NCBI RefSeq assembly: GCF_006345805.1
Contig: NC_042998.1
Location: 36,518,001 to 36,582,000, forward strand
Source: Octopus sinensis
Taxonomy: Eukaryota
DNA length: 64,000 nucleotides
Direction: 5' to 3'
Position numbers and translations under genes: made by a program. Positions 24,166 through 38,049 of the stretch are shown piece after piece (positions within the stretch are counted from its first letter, which is position 1; each line of letters starts with the position of its first letter). The notes beneath the pieces were generated by a model. It had not been told where the DNA came from, did not search any database, and was given only the letters and a program-made list of their open reading frames with translations.

Positions 24166-24491
24166 TAAGCGTATGTCCACACACATAACACACGTAAATG
24201 CATGCAAATGAAGCCAGACAGAGGGAAGAGTTGAGGGAGAATAAGGAGTGTAATGAGGGGAAGAAATGTAAAACGCTTGAGAAGGTCATTAAAGCTTCTC
24301 AAAATTCGAACAATTTGGGCGGAGCGAGCAGCAGCTTGTGGGAGGTGAGAGGTGTTCTGATAAAAGGGAAAGGGGGCGGATGTGTAAAGAAAAGAGAGGA
24401 AGAGAGAAGAACTAACAGGGTCATCGATCGAGAATATGTGCATTGAAGTACATTGAAAGACATATACACACACAAACACACACACAAACAC

Positions 24492-24526
<35 letters not shown>

Positions 24527-24612
24527 CATATATATTCATGCATATACTCTCATAGATATACACATATACTGATATACATACATATATACATACATATATA
24601 CATACAGATACA

Positions 24613-24659
<47 letters not shown>

Positions 24660-25130
24660 TATATATATATATATATATTATAGAGATATATTTATATACA
24701 TAGATATGTACATATACATACATAAAAAACACGAACACACATATATACATATATACAGATATACTTGCAAACATGCAATAATATACGCACAGGTACTTGT
24801 ACGACGAAAATAACATGTCGCTCAATGGTGAGAAGTTCTGTGCTGTCCACATGAGTAATAATACAACATTCCTATTACTAAGATAATACTAATACTAATA
24901 CTTCGTTACTGGGTCGTAAACGGAATAGCACCGGCGGTCAAGCGGTAGTAGAGGACATACACATACGCACACACACACACGCACACACGCACACACACAG
25001 ACACACACACACACACACACACACACCACACACACACACTCTCTCTCTCTCTCTCTCTCTCACAAACACACACACACACACACACACAAACATACATATA
25101 TGTTTGTTTTATGTTCAGCTGTAATAAAAG

Positions 25131-25361
25131 GCGGCAAGCTGGCAGAAATGTTAGCGCGTCGGCCGAAATTGCGTAACCGTATTTCATCTGCCGTTACGTT
25201 CTGGGTTCAAATTCCGCCGAGGTCGACTTTGCTTTTCATCATTTCGGGGTCGATAAATTAGGTACCAGTTACACACTAGGGTCGATGTTATCGACTTAAT
25301 CTGTTTGTCTGTCTTTGTTTGTCTCCTCTATGTTTAGCCCCTTGTGGGTAGTAAAGAAATA
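25131..25361 (+). mobile_element. SINE family B, full length
   Basis: agctggcagaaatgttag A-box, gggttcaaattcc B-box, tail ccccttgtgggtagtaaagaaata. Confidence 0.88.
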
Positions 25362-26105
25362 TATGTGCAGCTGTAATAAAGACAATTTTGCATTAATCTG
25401 AAGGAAGACGTCATACTTTTCTGGAGTGCGACATAATTACTTTTTTTAACAAGAATAGAATTGGCAGTGACTTCGAAGCTTCGCGCAGTCAAGCTATTAT
25501 ACGATGACAGCATGAAGTTTAAAAATACTAAAGCTGTTCAACTTTAAATTGATCGATTAATATTTAAGGAAATAAAGTTAAATTCGGAAAATTATAACTG
25601 ATGTTTTTTTTTGTTTTTTTGTGAATTGTGTGTAAAAGTTGGCGAAATTTATCAGAAAAGTTCTCATTAATTGAATTTAATACGAATCAATTGTTTCTGG
25701 AATTTTTCTTCCTTGCAATCAGTTTGTACGGTTGTAGTCGTTAGTGCAGATACATACAATTAACCGATGCAGTGCAGCTCGTGTATTCAGATTATTGCTG
25801 TTCTATTTGATAATGGATACCAATTACAAACGAGTAGGTTAAAAAATATCGAGGAACCTGAATTGCGAATAATTATTGAAACTCGTCCTCCTCTATATTT
25901 TTATCTCAGTTGTTTGTAATTGTGTAGTAAAATTCTTTATAAAACAGATCATCGTTGTAAATTAAATACGCAAACAATTACTTTTGAATCGAGGGAAAGG
26001 AGACTATTTTATTGTTAGCATTATTCGCTACTTTTTGCTGATTGGGTTCCATGTCTTGACTCGATCTGAATAACGTGGGCGTACAGTTTAACATCTTAAT
26101 ATATA

Positions 26106-26536
26106 CTCTCTTTTACTCGTTTACTCTTTTACTCTTGTACTTGTTTCAGTCATTTGACTGCGGCCATGCTGGAGCACCGCCTTTAGTCGATCAAATTGAC
26201 CCCGGGACTTATTCTTTGTAAGCCCAGTACTTATTCTATCGGTCTCTTTTACCGAACCGCTAAGTGACGGGGACGTAAACACACCAGCATCGGTTGTCAA
26301 GCAATGTTAGGGGGACAAACAAAGACACACAAACATATACACACACACACATATATAAATATGTAAATATATACGACAGGCTTCTTTCAGTTTCCGAATA
26401 CCAAATCCACTCACAAGGCATTGGTCGGCCCGGGGCTATAGCAGAAAACACTTGCCCAAGATGCCACGCAGTGGGACTGAACCCGCAACCATGTGGTTGG
26501 TTAGCAAGCTACTTACCACACAGCCACTCCTGCGCC
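26106..26536 (-). mobile_element. SINE family A, full length
   Basis: Complete head to tail repeats. Confidence 0.92.
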
Positions 26537-26559
26537 TATATATACAATCTATTCTATGA

Positions 26560-26700
26560 GCATTCTTTTCTACTCGAGTCACAAGGCCGGAAATTTTGGG
26601 GGAGGGCGCCAGTCGATTAGACCGACCTCATTATGTAACTGGTACTTAATTTATCGACCCAGAGAGGATTAAAGGCAAAGTCGACATCGGCGGAATTTGA
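26560..26700 (-). mobile_element. SINE family B, 5'-truncated
   Basis: aaaggcaaagtcgacatcggcggaatttgaa plus the alternative tail. Confidence 0.75.
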
Positions 26701-26728
26701 ATATATACCATTCTATAAATATTAAAAA

Positions 26729-27136
26729 TGGTTGTGTGGTAAGTAGCTTGCTTACCAACCACATGGTTCCGGATTCAGTCTCACTGCGTGGCACCTTGGG
26801 CTAGTGTCTTCTACTATAGCCTTGGGCCGACCAAATCTTGTGAGTGGATTTGGTAGACGGAAACTGAAAGAAGCCCGTCGTATATATATATATATGTATA
26901 TATATGTGTGTGTGTATATGCTTGTGTGTCTGTGTTTGTCCTCCCTCCATCGCTTGACAACCGATGCTGGTGTGTTTACTTCCCCTCAACTTAGCGGTTC
27001 GGCAAAAGAGACCGATAGAATAAGTACTAGGCTTCCAAAGAATAAGTCCTGGGGTCGATTTGCTCGACTAAAGGCGGTGCTCCGGCATGGCCACAGTCAC
27101 ATGACTGAAACAAATAGAAGAATAAAGAGTAAAAGT
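26729..27136 (+). mobile_element. SINE family A, full length
   Basis: Inverted partner of 26106-26536. Confidence 0.92.
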
Positions 27137-27815
27137 GTAAAGGAGTTATTATCGCAGTTTAGATTGTTAGAATAATTTTGTGGGCAACGAGTGGTGATAA
27201 TCATGAAAACCCAAAATGCCTTTTAAAAAATAAAAACGAACTGTATCAGAAACAATAGAATCGCGAACAAAGTGAGCAATCCATGCTCAACCCTTCGCCA
27301 GAGGAACACAAATTTGATTAGCTTTATCAGAAGATATAGAGCATTGTCATGTTATTACCGTTCATATTCCATTCAGCTATAGCGTTATGCATTGCGCAAC
27401 AATCAATTATGCGTTTCGCCGGACTTTAACAACGAACTTAAGTACTCTTAATGCCAAGGCGTTTAGATTTATACGCCGACAGATGTTTCCCATATGTATA
27501 TATTCCGCTTAGGTATTGGGGTGCCCAAGTATTTCATTGGTTTACGAAAACATACACGCCGCATGACTGTAAATCAGAAAGGTAGGGTTCATGAAATTGC
27601 ACATATTCTGAGAGCCTGTAGCACCCAAGAATAAGGAAAAACAACCTAATTTATCAAACCTGTCTCATTTACTGATCAGTGTGTATATATATACCATAAA
27701 TCTTTGAGATAATGGAGTCACAAGCCGGGAACCTCAAACAATCTTGATATTTTTCCCAGTATAACGATTATTAAAAATACTTACACACATATACTTGTCT
27801 CTCTCTCTCTCTCTC

Positions 27816-27852
<37 letters not shown>

Positions 27853-27854
27853 TC

Positions 27855-27969
<115 letters not shown>

Positions 27970-27971
27970 AC

Positions 27972-28160
27972 GGGAAGGTTTACGAAAATAAACAAAAGAC
28001 GAAGGCAGGTGGAGTACAAACAAACAAATGTATTAGTATGGCGCTCAGGAATAGAAATAGAACAAGTCTTTTACGTTTCCAGCCTACGCTCTTCGACAGA
28101 AAGATACACAGAAAAGAAACAAGGAGAAAAAAATGCGTGTAGGAGCTAACGGTCCATATA
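27972..28160 (-). mobile_element. ~190-bp hammerhead-bearing unit between microsatellites
   Basis: Minus 28104-28067: TCTTT-CTGTCGA-A-GAGC(gtag)GCTG-GAA-ACGT-A-AAAGA; related to the 23.2-kb unit. Confidence 0.65.
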
Positions 28161-28181
28161 TACATATCTATCTATCTATCT

Positions 28182-28300
<119 letters not shown>

Positions 28301-28304
28301 CATG

Positions 28305-28689
28305 TGGCTGTGTGGTAAGTAGCTTGTTTACCAACCACATGGTTCCGGGTTCAGTCCCACTGCGTGGCATCTTGGGCAAGTTTCTTCTACTATAGCTCCG
28401 GGCCGACCAATGCCTTGTGAGTGGATTTGGTAGACGGAAACTGAAAGAAGCCTGTCGTATATATGTATATATATATATGTATTTGTGTGTCTGTGTTTGT
28501 CCCCCTAGCATTGCTTGACAACCGATGCTGGTGTCTTTAGGTCCCCGTCACTTAGCGGTTCGGCAAAAGAGACCGATAGAATAAGTACTGGGCTTACAAA
28601 GAATAAGTCCTGGGGTCGATTTGCTCGACTAAAGGCGGTGCTCCAGCATGGCCGCAGTCAAATGACTGAAACAAGTAAAAGAGTAAAAG
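28305..28689 (+). mobile_element. SINE family A, full length
   Basis: A-box 28305-28315, B-box ggttcagtccc, tail (AGTAAAAG)2. Confidence 0.92.
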
Positions 28690-28787
28690 AGAATATATGT
28701 ATATATATAAATTATATATATATTTTATTTTTTCCCACAAAGACGAATGCGACGTGGGCTGAATGATATGGGTGGTGGAGATGCTCC

Positions 28788-28819
28788 ACTTCCTGCGCAT
28801 GCGTGAAAATTTTCGCGCG
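28788..28819. promoter_or_regulatory. Candidate promoter motif cluster ETS + NRF1 + E2F
   Basis: ACTTCCTG (28788-95), TGCGCATGCG (28794-803) and TTTTCGCGCG (28810-19) within 32 bp of non-repeat-looking sequence. Confidence 0.35.
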
Positions 28820-28822
28820 ATT

Positions 28823-28869
<47 letters not shown>

Positions 28870-29231
28870 TGATGAAAGAAAAGAAAGATGAATTTAGCAG
28901 TAGCCTTTATTCAGTACGACGATCGTTTTCGACCCATCCTGAAACTGTCTGTTAGGGATAGGATATTGTGCATCTAATTGTGCAATATTCGACATATCAG
29001 GTACATACATAATAAAAGGGGATGTCCCGTTACAAATACAGAGTTGTCTCCGACCATGTTGTTCTTACCTGCTGCGTTTGGGTTATAATATAAATATGCC
29101 TTACCTAACATACTAATTGACATATACCCGTTGGTCCCATAAATTACACACAAACAGACAAACACAGACACACACACATATACATATATACATATACGCA
29201 GACGCACAGACACACACACTATATATATATA

Positions 29232-29523
29232 TGACCGTGACCGACCAGACCATCAGATGTTGCTACACATCGCTGGTCACAATGCGCTTCGCATTGTTAT
29301 AGCCCTCAAATGACGCCACCCGGCTGGCTAGGCGAGCAGGCCAACAGAAGAAAGAGTGAGAGAAAGTTGTGGCGAAAGAGTGCAGCAGGGACCGCCACCA
29401 CCCCCTGCCGGAGCCTCGTGGAGCTTTGGGGTCTTTCACTCAATAAACACTCACAACGCCCGGTCTGGGAATCGAAACCGCGATCCTACGACCGCGAGTC
29501 CGCTGCCCTAACCACTGGGCCAT
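29232..29523 (-). mobile_element. SINE family C (tRNA-derived head), tail type 1
   Basis: Head tggcccagtggttagggcagcggactcgcggtcgtaggatcgcggtttcgattcc on the minus strand; tail acaatgcgaagcgcattgtgacc. Confidence 0.88.
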
Positions 29524-29537
29524 ATATATCTATATTT

Positions 29538-29733
29538 GTGTGTGCGTATCTGTGTTTGTCCTACCGCCATCGCTGGTTTGTTTATGTCCCCGTAAATTAA
29601 CCGTTTAGCAAAGGACATCGATAGAATAAGTGCTAGGCTTACAAAGAACAAGTCCTGGGGGCGATTTCTTCGACTAACACCCTTAAAGGTGGTGCTCCAG
29701 CATGGCTGCAATCACACGACTGAAACAAGTAAC
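29538..29733 (+). mobile_element. SINE family A 3' half
   Basis: gatagaataagtgctaggcttacaaagaac...gactgaaacaagt. Confidence 0.75.
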
Positions 29734-29747
29734 AATATGTATATATG

Positions 29748-29787
<40 letters not shown>

Positions 29788-30094
29788 AGTCTCACTGTTA
29801 TACGGCACCAACGTGTAAGTATAAAAACTTGACCGCCGAACTAGTATGGTACAACTTGGTTTCAAGCAGTGCAACCGTAGGTGAGTGAATAAAAAAATGG
29901 GAAACAGAAACACACCGTAGAGCATCTAGTCTGGCTCTTTAAGTGTCCCACCAACTGGACACTCTGGTCGATACATGTATATTGATCTGCAAGAATGAAA
30001 AGAAAATTTCATCTCTGAGGGATTGCACATCCCTGCACAGAGCGTCGGAATATACCACGTCGCATTCTATCTAAAACTCTGGTTGTTCTCTACC

Positions 30095-30195
30095 ATCCTC
30101 CTTCTCTTCCTTCCTGAGCGTCCAATAATACTATATTTGTTCCACGTCCTCGCGTTGTTGTGTTTTCTCTTGGTGTTTTCATGTTTGGATTAACT
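30095..30195 (+). mobile_element. Truncated copy of the 36.1/41.7-kb short unit (no hammerhead)
   Basis: cctgagcgtccaataatactatatttgttccacgtcctcgcgttg...ggattaact. Confidence 0.75.
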
Positions 30196-33009
30196 ATACA
30201 TATATATATATATATATATATGCGTGTGTGTGTGTGTGTGTATGTGTATGTGTGTGTGTGTGTATACATATATATACATACATACATATATACATACATG
30301 CGTGCATATATATATATATATACATGCATACATATATATATATATGTGTGTGTGTGTGTGTTTATGTAAGCATATGTATGATCCTTAAATTTAACTTCTT
30401 TTCCATTAAGTTAGATGTCAGGCCAAACACCCTTTTCATTATGTTTTGGGTTGAAATCTTCTTCGCTGCTAAATTTCAAATAAACCCGCGAAGTTTCACA
30501 ATGGACAAATTTACTTGTATTCTGAGGAGCACATTAAATTCCCATTACCTAGACATTTGTCCACATCTCTCCGCGCGTATAATATTTGCCTAAAAGACGA
30601 ATGAACTCTAACCGTAATTTCGCTCTCGATGCAACGAATTCAGTTACTGAGACTGATAAATATACAGGACGAGAATCAATTGCATTTAACCGTTTGTCAA
30701 AAAAGGAGGGTGAAAATAAATGGAATTTAGACTCATAAGCTATATTATAGTAAGAACCCGGATTTTGTCACATGAAATAACTGGGATGTGCTCGTGAATT
30801 TAAAAGAGGCGTGCGTACTCCTACGTGATTTTGCAGTACGAAAAAGCGTCTCGACTTGATGCTCTGATGTGGCAGTGGTTTGAATACTTATATGAAAAGA
30901 TGAACCTAAAATATAAATCACAATCGGAATTGCCCGAGACAAATCGATTTCCTGTACGGATATCTGAATCATGCAGATTCGTTGATTTGACGCTTCATTC
31001 ACAATATGTTAGTGGACAATTAAACTTAAGAAGGAAGTCGAATTAGTAAATGCAAACCAAGACCACGTGGCATGTAAGTGGCACCCTATAGAACTCCCAA
31101 CAAAGAAAATACTTGTACTCATAGATGCGCACCCAGCAGTAATAAGTGTCCTCGTCCTAGATCTCAGCATAACAATTGCCAGTCTCTCGGCGAACCCAGA
31201 AACATCAACAGAGCAGTACATTATGTTAACAAGATGCTATCGAGATGTCGTTTTCCTGATCAATTAATTTGTATAGAGAATTCCCCATCGCACCCTCAAA
31301 CCGCGAAAGGAATTAGTAAGAGAATGATAATCTGGCTTAATTCTCTCCTCAATCTAGATGCTTCCACCTTTTTATCTGAAATAAATAACGTTGACAGTAT
31401 TTCCCAAGACATCACATATATATCACAAGTCCGTTTATTCACGATGTGGCTACCTATATACAGTGAGATAATATATCTTCGAAAATTGTTACCTACAATA
31501 CAAGTAACAACCTACAGAGTCTCTGTCTGCCAAAATCCTAGGCACTGTCGATTGTGACTTGAACGCTGTTGACTATAATGTTTCTCTCACAGCATCCTAT
31601 AGCATCACTAGACAATATACAGGCATAGCACCCAACGTTTTCGAGGTAAAATGTATTCAACACATACACACATTTCAAATGTAGGGACTGTGAAAGTTCC
31701 ACGTCTCTGTCTGGCTTTATTACATTGGTCAACAACTTCTGAAAAGTTATGTGCTTCTTAAATGAGATTAGTTAATTCTTGCGTATTTTCATGTCCTGAA
31801 TCCAAGTATCACCTTGGAAAATGCTTATTAGCTATAGGCTCAAAGATACACGATATGTAATAATTAATTAATTTATTATAACGTACAGTATGTGTCATTA
31901 TGTTTCAAGCTCTAGTCCCTGTCTACTCTCTGCCTTTTTGCTTGACGTTTATACAGGGCTGAAGAATAATCCCTTGCCATTGTCCAGCAAGTATCGTTTC
32001 TCTCCATTTACCGCTTGTACATGGTTGAAATACTTTGGTGAAACCCTTGACAATGTTCATCACTAAGTGCCCCACAGTTCACCGGAAAAAAGTCTAAATG
32101 TGACTCCAAACGTGACATGTTACATCCCATGTTCTAACCCTTGATGAGGTTTCTCATCAATTGTTTAGGGAGCTCCTGAATCCTAGTTCCAATGAAGATT
32201 CCCTTTTTTTTTATCATAGCTTCATTCAGCAGGGGAATTCCGATGTTAAATATTTGAATCCTGACTGGATTTGTCCATAGCTTTTACAAATTTTTTCATG
32301 ACCTCCGAGAGGAAACACCCAGCATCAAGTGGACTATTGCTGACAGAGCGCCATCATACTTAGCCACCGCCTCCAATTGCCAGCTTTGCTCCCCGAAAAA
32401 CTGCATAACCTCCAACAACAATCAGCATCCATCAACAACAAGTACGATTTATCTGATGGCTGTCACCAGAGATATGCCCATCTGGCAAATTTCAAGACTC
32501 TAACCGCCGACAACCCGGATATACCAACTTAGCACAAGCTGCTACGCTGCCCCACCTGCACCAAGGTGACCGTCACCAACCAGCCCCATGAGTAGGACCA
32601 TCAATGACCAATTCCCAATACTTACCAATCCCCAACGCTTGCTATAAACATGTACACTCATGCATGCATGCGCACTAGAGTACTCATGCACACGCGCATG
32701 CGTGTGTGCCCATACATTAATATGTATGTGTACATGCATGCACGCATATATAGATATGTGTACATAAAAGAATATGCATGTGTGTGTATGCGCGCGCATA
32801 TTTGTTTATATGTGTGTATATGTTAGCGTGTGTGTGTTTCTTTATTAACCACAAGGGGCTAAACATGGAAGAGACAAACAAGAACAGACAAACGGATGTT
32901 AGCGTGTGTGTGCACGCACTTGTACAGATGCACAAGCTTTATCACTACAGACATGCACGCAAAACAATATGAGTGCATCCATACACATATACAACTATAA
33001 ACTTGCGCA

Positions 33010-33250
33010 TACCGCTCCTCCTTCTTTCCCTCCAGCAACGCGGCCGATTTCCTGTCCACCACGCGATCGATTTCCTGTTCACCATGCACTATTTTCCAAG
33101 TAACTGTTGCCGTTGATATACCAACACCAAACCACGACACCGCGTGACCTACCACGACCAGTCGCAGCCCACCTTACTGTAATAACAATCAACTTCTCGC
33201 ATTCAAATTCAAAATGGCTGAAGATTAGCATCACGTTTGGAACTCGGAGT
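33010..33250 (+). repeat. Unclassified dispersed repeat (copy 2)
   Basis: Homologous to 12555-12800. Confidence 0.7.
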
Positions 33251-33376
33251 ACCAATGAATCTGAATAAAATTGTTTTGATCTATACATGTAACTTCCAAT
33301 AAATTTCGTGAGTGCCGTTGTTTCGGCTGTCCACTCACTTGAATAAATAAATATATATATACATACGTACTTGCAG

Positions 33377-33629
33377 TTGTAGGATCGCGGTTGCGATTCC
33401 CAGACCGGGCGTGTTTATTGAGCGAAAACACCTAAAGCTCCACGAGGCTCCGGCAGCGGGTGGTGGCGATCCCTGCTGTACTCTTTCGCCACAACTTTCT
33501 CTCACTCTTTCTTCTGTTGGCCTGCTCGCTTAGCTAGCGGGGTGGCGTCATTTGAAGGCTAAGACAATGCGAAGCGCATTGTGACCAGCGATGTGTAGCA
33601 ACATCTGATAGCCTAGTCGGTCACGGTGA
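33377..33629 (+). mobile_element. SINE family C, tail type 1, 5'-clipped
   Basis: Inverted homologue of 29232-29500. Confidence 0.88.
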
Positions 33630-34539
33630 CAAAAAATAAGATCCCTTGTTCATTAGCTTATTGTTCATTAGTAATCAATGGCGCATGACTTACAGGCCAC
33701 AAATATGATCCGATGTATTTTAGCTATGACCATTCTATACCATTCCGTTTATAACATATCAGTGAGAAATCATTCCCTTTTTTAAATACTATGAAGATAT
33801 GACGTTAATTGTAAATAGTGTTCTTTAATATTACTTAATACTTGTGATACGCGTACGTGTTACTTTGTCGGCCTGCTGCGTTGAATTCTATTCAGTCTGC
33901 TTCTCTTCTTTGTCTTTCAAACTTCATCATCTCATTCATTTGATGAAAGTAAATTTTCATGGATGAATATTTTCGATTACGTTAGTAATATGGAAAATAT
34001 TTCAGAGTTTGAATATAAAAACATAATGGAATTTTTTATCTGAAATAACTTAACCGATTTGCCGTTTAAGTAACTCATAAATTTTTTTTTTTTTTCTTGT
34101 GGCTTTAAGCAAAACGTTATTAAATGAGTAAAGCTTACGAAATTCAAATAGCCAATTGAAATGATGATAAAATTGAAATAACAGAATCAGTAAACCAACA
34201 AAGTATTTTATTAAGAAAATATTGAAAATGAATTAAATTTATTCTACGTGGCTATGGAGGATGAAATCAAATATAAGTCTTTCAGCAAAATTTCAGAATT
34301 CCTGTGTGACCTTTATATTTGTAAATTGAAAAGTGACCTGACGATCTTTAGAACAAAAGAAGTGTCTTCATTAAAATATAGATTATTTCAAGCACAACAC
34401 AACGGTATGAAATGGTCAATTATGAGCTAAGCGTTCCCAATTGGCAGAAATTGATTTTAAAACTTATTTGATAGATGCATAGAAGGGGCATCACGTGACA
34501 TAAGGAAAAATATACTTTAGAAGTTCATAAACATGTATA

Positions 34540-34945
34540 CTCTTTTTTCTTTTACTCTTTTACTTGTTGCAGTCATTTGACTGCGGTCATGCTGGAGCAC
34601 CGCCTTTTAGTCGAGCAAATCGACCCCGGGACTTATTCTTTGTAAGCCCAGTACTTATTCTATCGGTCTCTTTGGCCGAACCGCTAAGTGACGGGGACGT
34701 AAACACACCAGCATCGGTTGTCAAGCAAACACACATACATACATATATATATACGACAAACACACATACATATATATATATACGACAGGCTTCTTTCAGT
34801 TTCCGTCTACCAAATCCACTCACAAGGCATTGGTCGGCCCGGGGCTATAGCAGAAGACACTTGCCCAAGTTGCCACGCAGTGGGACTGAACCCGGAACCA
34901 TGTGGTTGGTTAGCAAGCTACTTACCACACAGCCACTCCTGCGCC
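34540..34945 (-). mobile_element. SINE family A, full length
   Basis: Complete head to tail. Confidence 0.92.
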
Positions 34946-35677
34946 ATGTATGTTCATAAAGATGTAGATAAAATGTGTCATCTCAGTTTCGTTACGCTAG
35001 ATGGCGCAGATTGTATACGGTAGATGGCACTGACAGTATTCATTAGAATGCGATGTTTTCAAAACGAAAGCAAATTAAGTCCTTATAGATTAAAATGTAA
35101 CATTACAACGACATAACACTACTTCGTAAATACTTAATGTTTTCAGAGTATTGTTTTTTCATACACACAGATAGAAATGATAACTCAAATGAACCAACAA
35201 CTCGATGACATAATGCACTTCTAAGAAAGAGTCAAGTAACATTGATGGTGAGAACCATTTCATTTTGGGTAGTCTGCGTCTAACAGGTATTCGCATAGGT
35301 GTGGTGTGCTTAGGTGTATCCGAGGAAGTAAAGCGAAATGTATTTGTTATACAGTTCGATCGAATGTAAAGACCAACTGAGGTTTCTGAAGTCGAATTCA
35401 TATACCTACCGACAACAGCATCAATGACTGCCTATCCCAGAGTAGATATTAAATTTACTACATTTAAGATGCCGAGGATAAGAAGGTAATATCTAAGCAG
35501 TTTCGTCGCGACAAATATCACAGGATAATTTAATGTGAAAGAATCGGATTAATAGTTTTTTTTTTCAATACAGATTAGCTACAGAAACAGGAATATAAAC
35601 ACGTCGACACATCCATAAATTTATACTCATATATATATACATATATGACTATGAACTAATGTCTGTATCGATATGTG

Positions 35678-35726
<49 letters not shown>

Positions 35727-36001
35727 GTGTGCGTGTGTGTGCGTGCGTACGTATTCGAAGCATACGTTGTTGAAAATAAATCTAAATACCACCAGGAGAA
35801 AAAGTCGTGATTCTCTGATGAAAAAAAGTTTGGTTAAACTTTTTAGAAAGTCAGCTTGATAATGGAACAGTTTTCTTTTTTGTCTAGTGATATTTATTGT
35901 CATATATTCATGTTTGAAACTGGTGTCTGGACAGTTTCGCTATATGAGCGTTCGCGCACGCACGCACATTCAGACCACAGACACACACACTAACGCCCAC
36001 A

Positions 36002-36066
<65 letters not shown>

Positions 36067-36099
36067 TATGTATGTATGTATGTATGTATATATTTGGCG

Positions 36100-36285
36100 A
36101 TTTTTTTCCTCCGTCTTCACTTCTCTGGATATTTCCTTCTCCTATGTTCCGACGAAGAGCTCCGCTCGAAATGTTAAACCCTCCTTCTTTCCTTCTTTCC
36201 TGAGCGTCCAATAATACTATATTTGTTCCATGTCCTCTCGTTGTTGTTTTTTTTTTTGCGCTTTCTTGTTTGGATTAACTATATA

Positions 36286-36290
<5 letters not shown>
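36100..36290 (+). mobile_element. ~190-bp hammerhead-bearing unit
   Basis: 36146-36179: GTT-CCGACGA-A-GAGC(tcc)GCTC-GAA-ATGT-T-AAAC. Confidence 0.65.
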
Positions 36291-36334
<44 letters not shown>

Positions 36335-36349
36335 TATATATATATATTA

Positions 36350-36968
36350 TATATATATACATATATATACATAAGTATATATATACATATGTATAGAAAT
36401 CTATTATATATATATATATTCAATAATGATAAAGGGTAAAATTAATTAATTAATAATTAACAATTTTACCAAGTAGTTCGGTATGTTAAAATAACCTTTA
36501 TCAGTAACCTTATACAAAAATTCTATAATTATAAGCATAATTATAATTAGGGTTCAGCAATTTGCTTCACCACACACCGGATTAGAAATAGAAGTTAAAT
36601 ACTATTCCTCTACCATAAGATATCTCCCAGACAGCAATACCCTTTGTTTACGTAGATAAAGAGAAAAAATAACGAATCTACACGACTTTGATTAACTACA
36701 CACGCGTTTCGGGATTAAAGGGATGTAAAATTCAAATTTACTTATTTCCATCTTCCGTGTTGTATTTCACATATAAGTTTGAAAGTACTAATAATTAGAT
36801 ACGCATTCGACCATGTGAAATCGAATAACTAATATCCAAAACACAGCACTTCCAAATTTATACAGACGAGCGAGAACATGCATTCCTCCTGAATTAAAAA
36901 TTCCTCATCATAATTTATAATTATGTTTAAGATTATAGAATCTCTCTCCGACTGTCTGTCTGTCTCTT

Positions 36969-37024
<56 letters not shown>

Positions 37025-37659
37025 ATATATATATATAAGTATATATATACATATATATACATAAGTATATATATACATATGTATAGAAATCTATTTATAT
37101 ATATATATATTCAATAATGATAAAGGGTAAAATTAATTAATTAATAATTAACAATTTTACCAAGTAGTTCGGTATGTTAAAATAACCTTTATCAGTAACC
37201 TTATACAAAAATTCTATAATTATAAGCATAATTATAATTAGGGTTCAGCAATTTGCTTCACCACACACCGGATTAGAAATAGAAGTTAAATACTATTCCT
37301 CTACCATAAGATATCTCCCAGACAGCAATACCCTTTGTTTACGTAGATAAAGAGAAAAAATAACGAATCTACACGACTTTGATTAACTACACACGCGTTT
37401 CGGGTTTCGGATTAAAGGATGTAAAATTCAAATTTACTTATTTCCATCTTCCGTGTTGTATTTCACATATAAGTTTGAAAGTACTAATAATTAGATACGC
37501 ATTCGACCATGTGAAATCGAATAACTAATATCCAAAACACAGCACTTCCAAATTTATACAGACGAGCGAGAACATGCATTCCTCCTGAATTAAAAATTCC
37601 TCATCATAATTTATAATTATGTTTAAGATTATAGAATCTCTCTCCGACTGTCTGTCTGT

Positions 37660-37700
<41 letters not shown>
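36350..37700. repeat. Tandem duplication, 691-bp period
   Basis: caataatgataaagggtaaaatt at 36421 and 37112; unique ~520 bp plus flanking TA/CT microsatellites repeated. Confidence 0.92.
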
Positions 37701-37725
<25 letters not shown>

Positions 37726-37814
37726 CTATATATATAATATATATATATATAATATATATATATATACATATGTATGTATGTATATATATATATATATATA
37801 TATTTATTTATATA

Positions 37815-37862
<48 letters not shown>

Positions 37863-37985
37863 ATATTATATATATATATATATATTATATATATATATAT
37901 ATAAACTCTTGAAATTTGAGTCACCCTTCTACGTAATATTAATATAATATAACATATATGTATGCATGTGTATATATATATATGT

Positions 37986-38017
<32 letters not shown>

Positions 38018-38049
38018 GTAAAATATAATATATTATATTTAATACATGG

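Noticed and set aside
24198-24446. 82-aa ORF with an octamer and two GC boxes
   Set aside because: Purine-rich low-complexity sequence; these motifs are expected by chance
31078-32650. 159-aa ORF and neighbouring short ORFs, possibly old LINE debris
   Set aside because: No diagnostic motif I could identify with confidence
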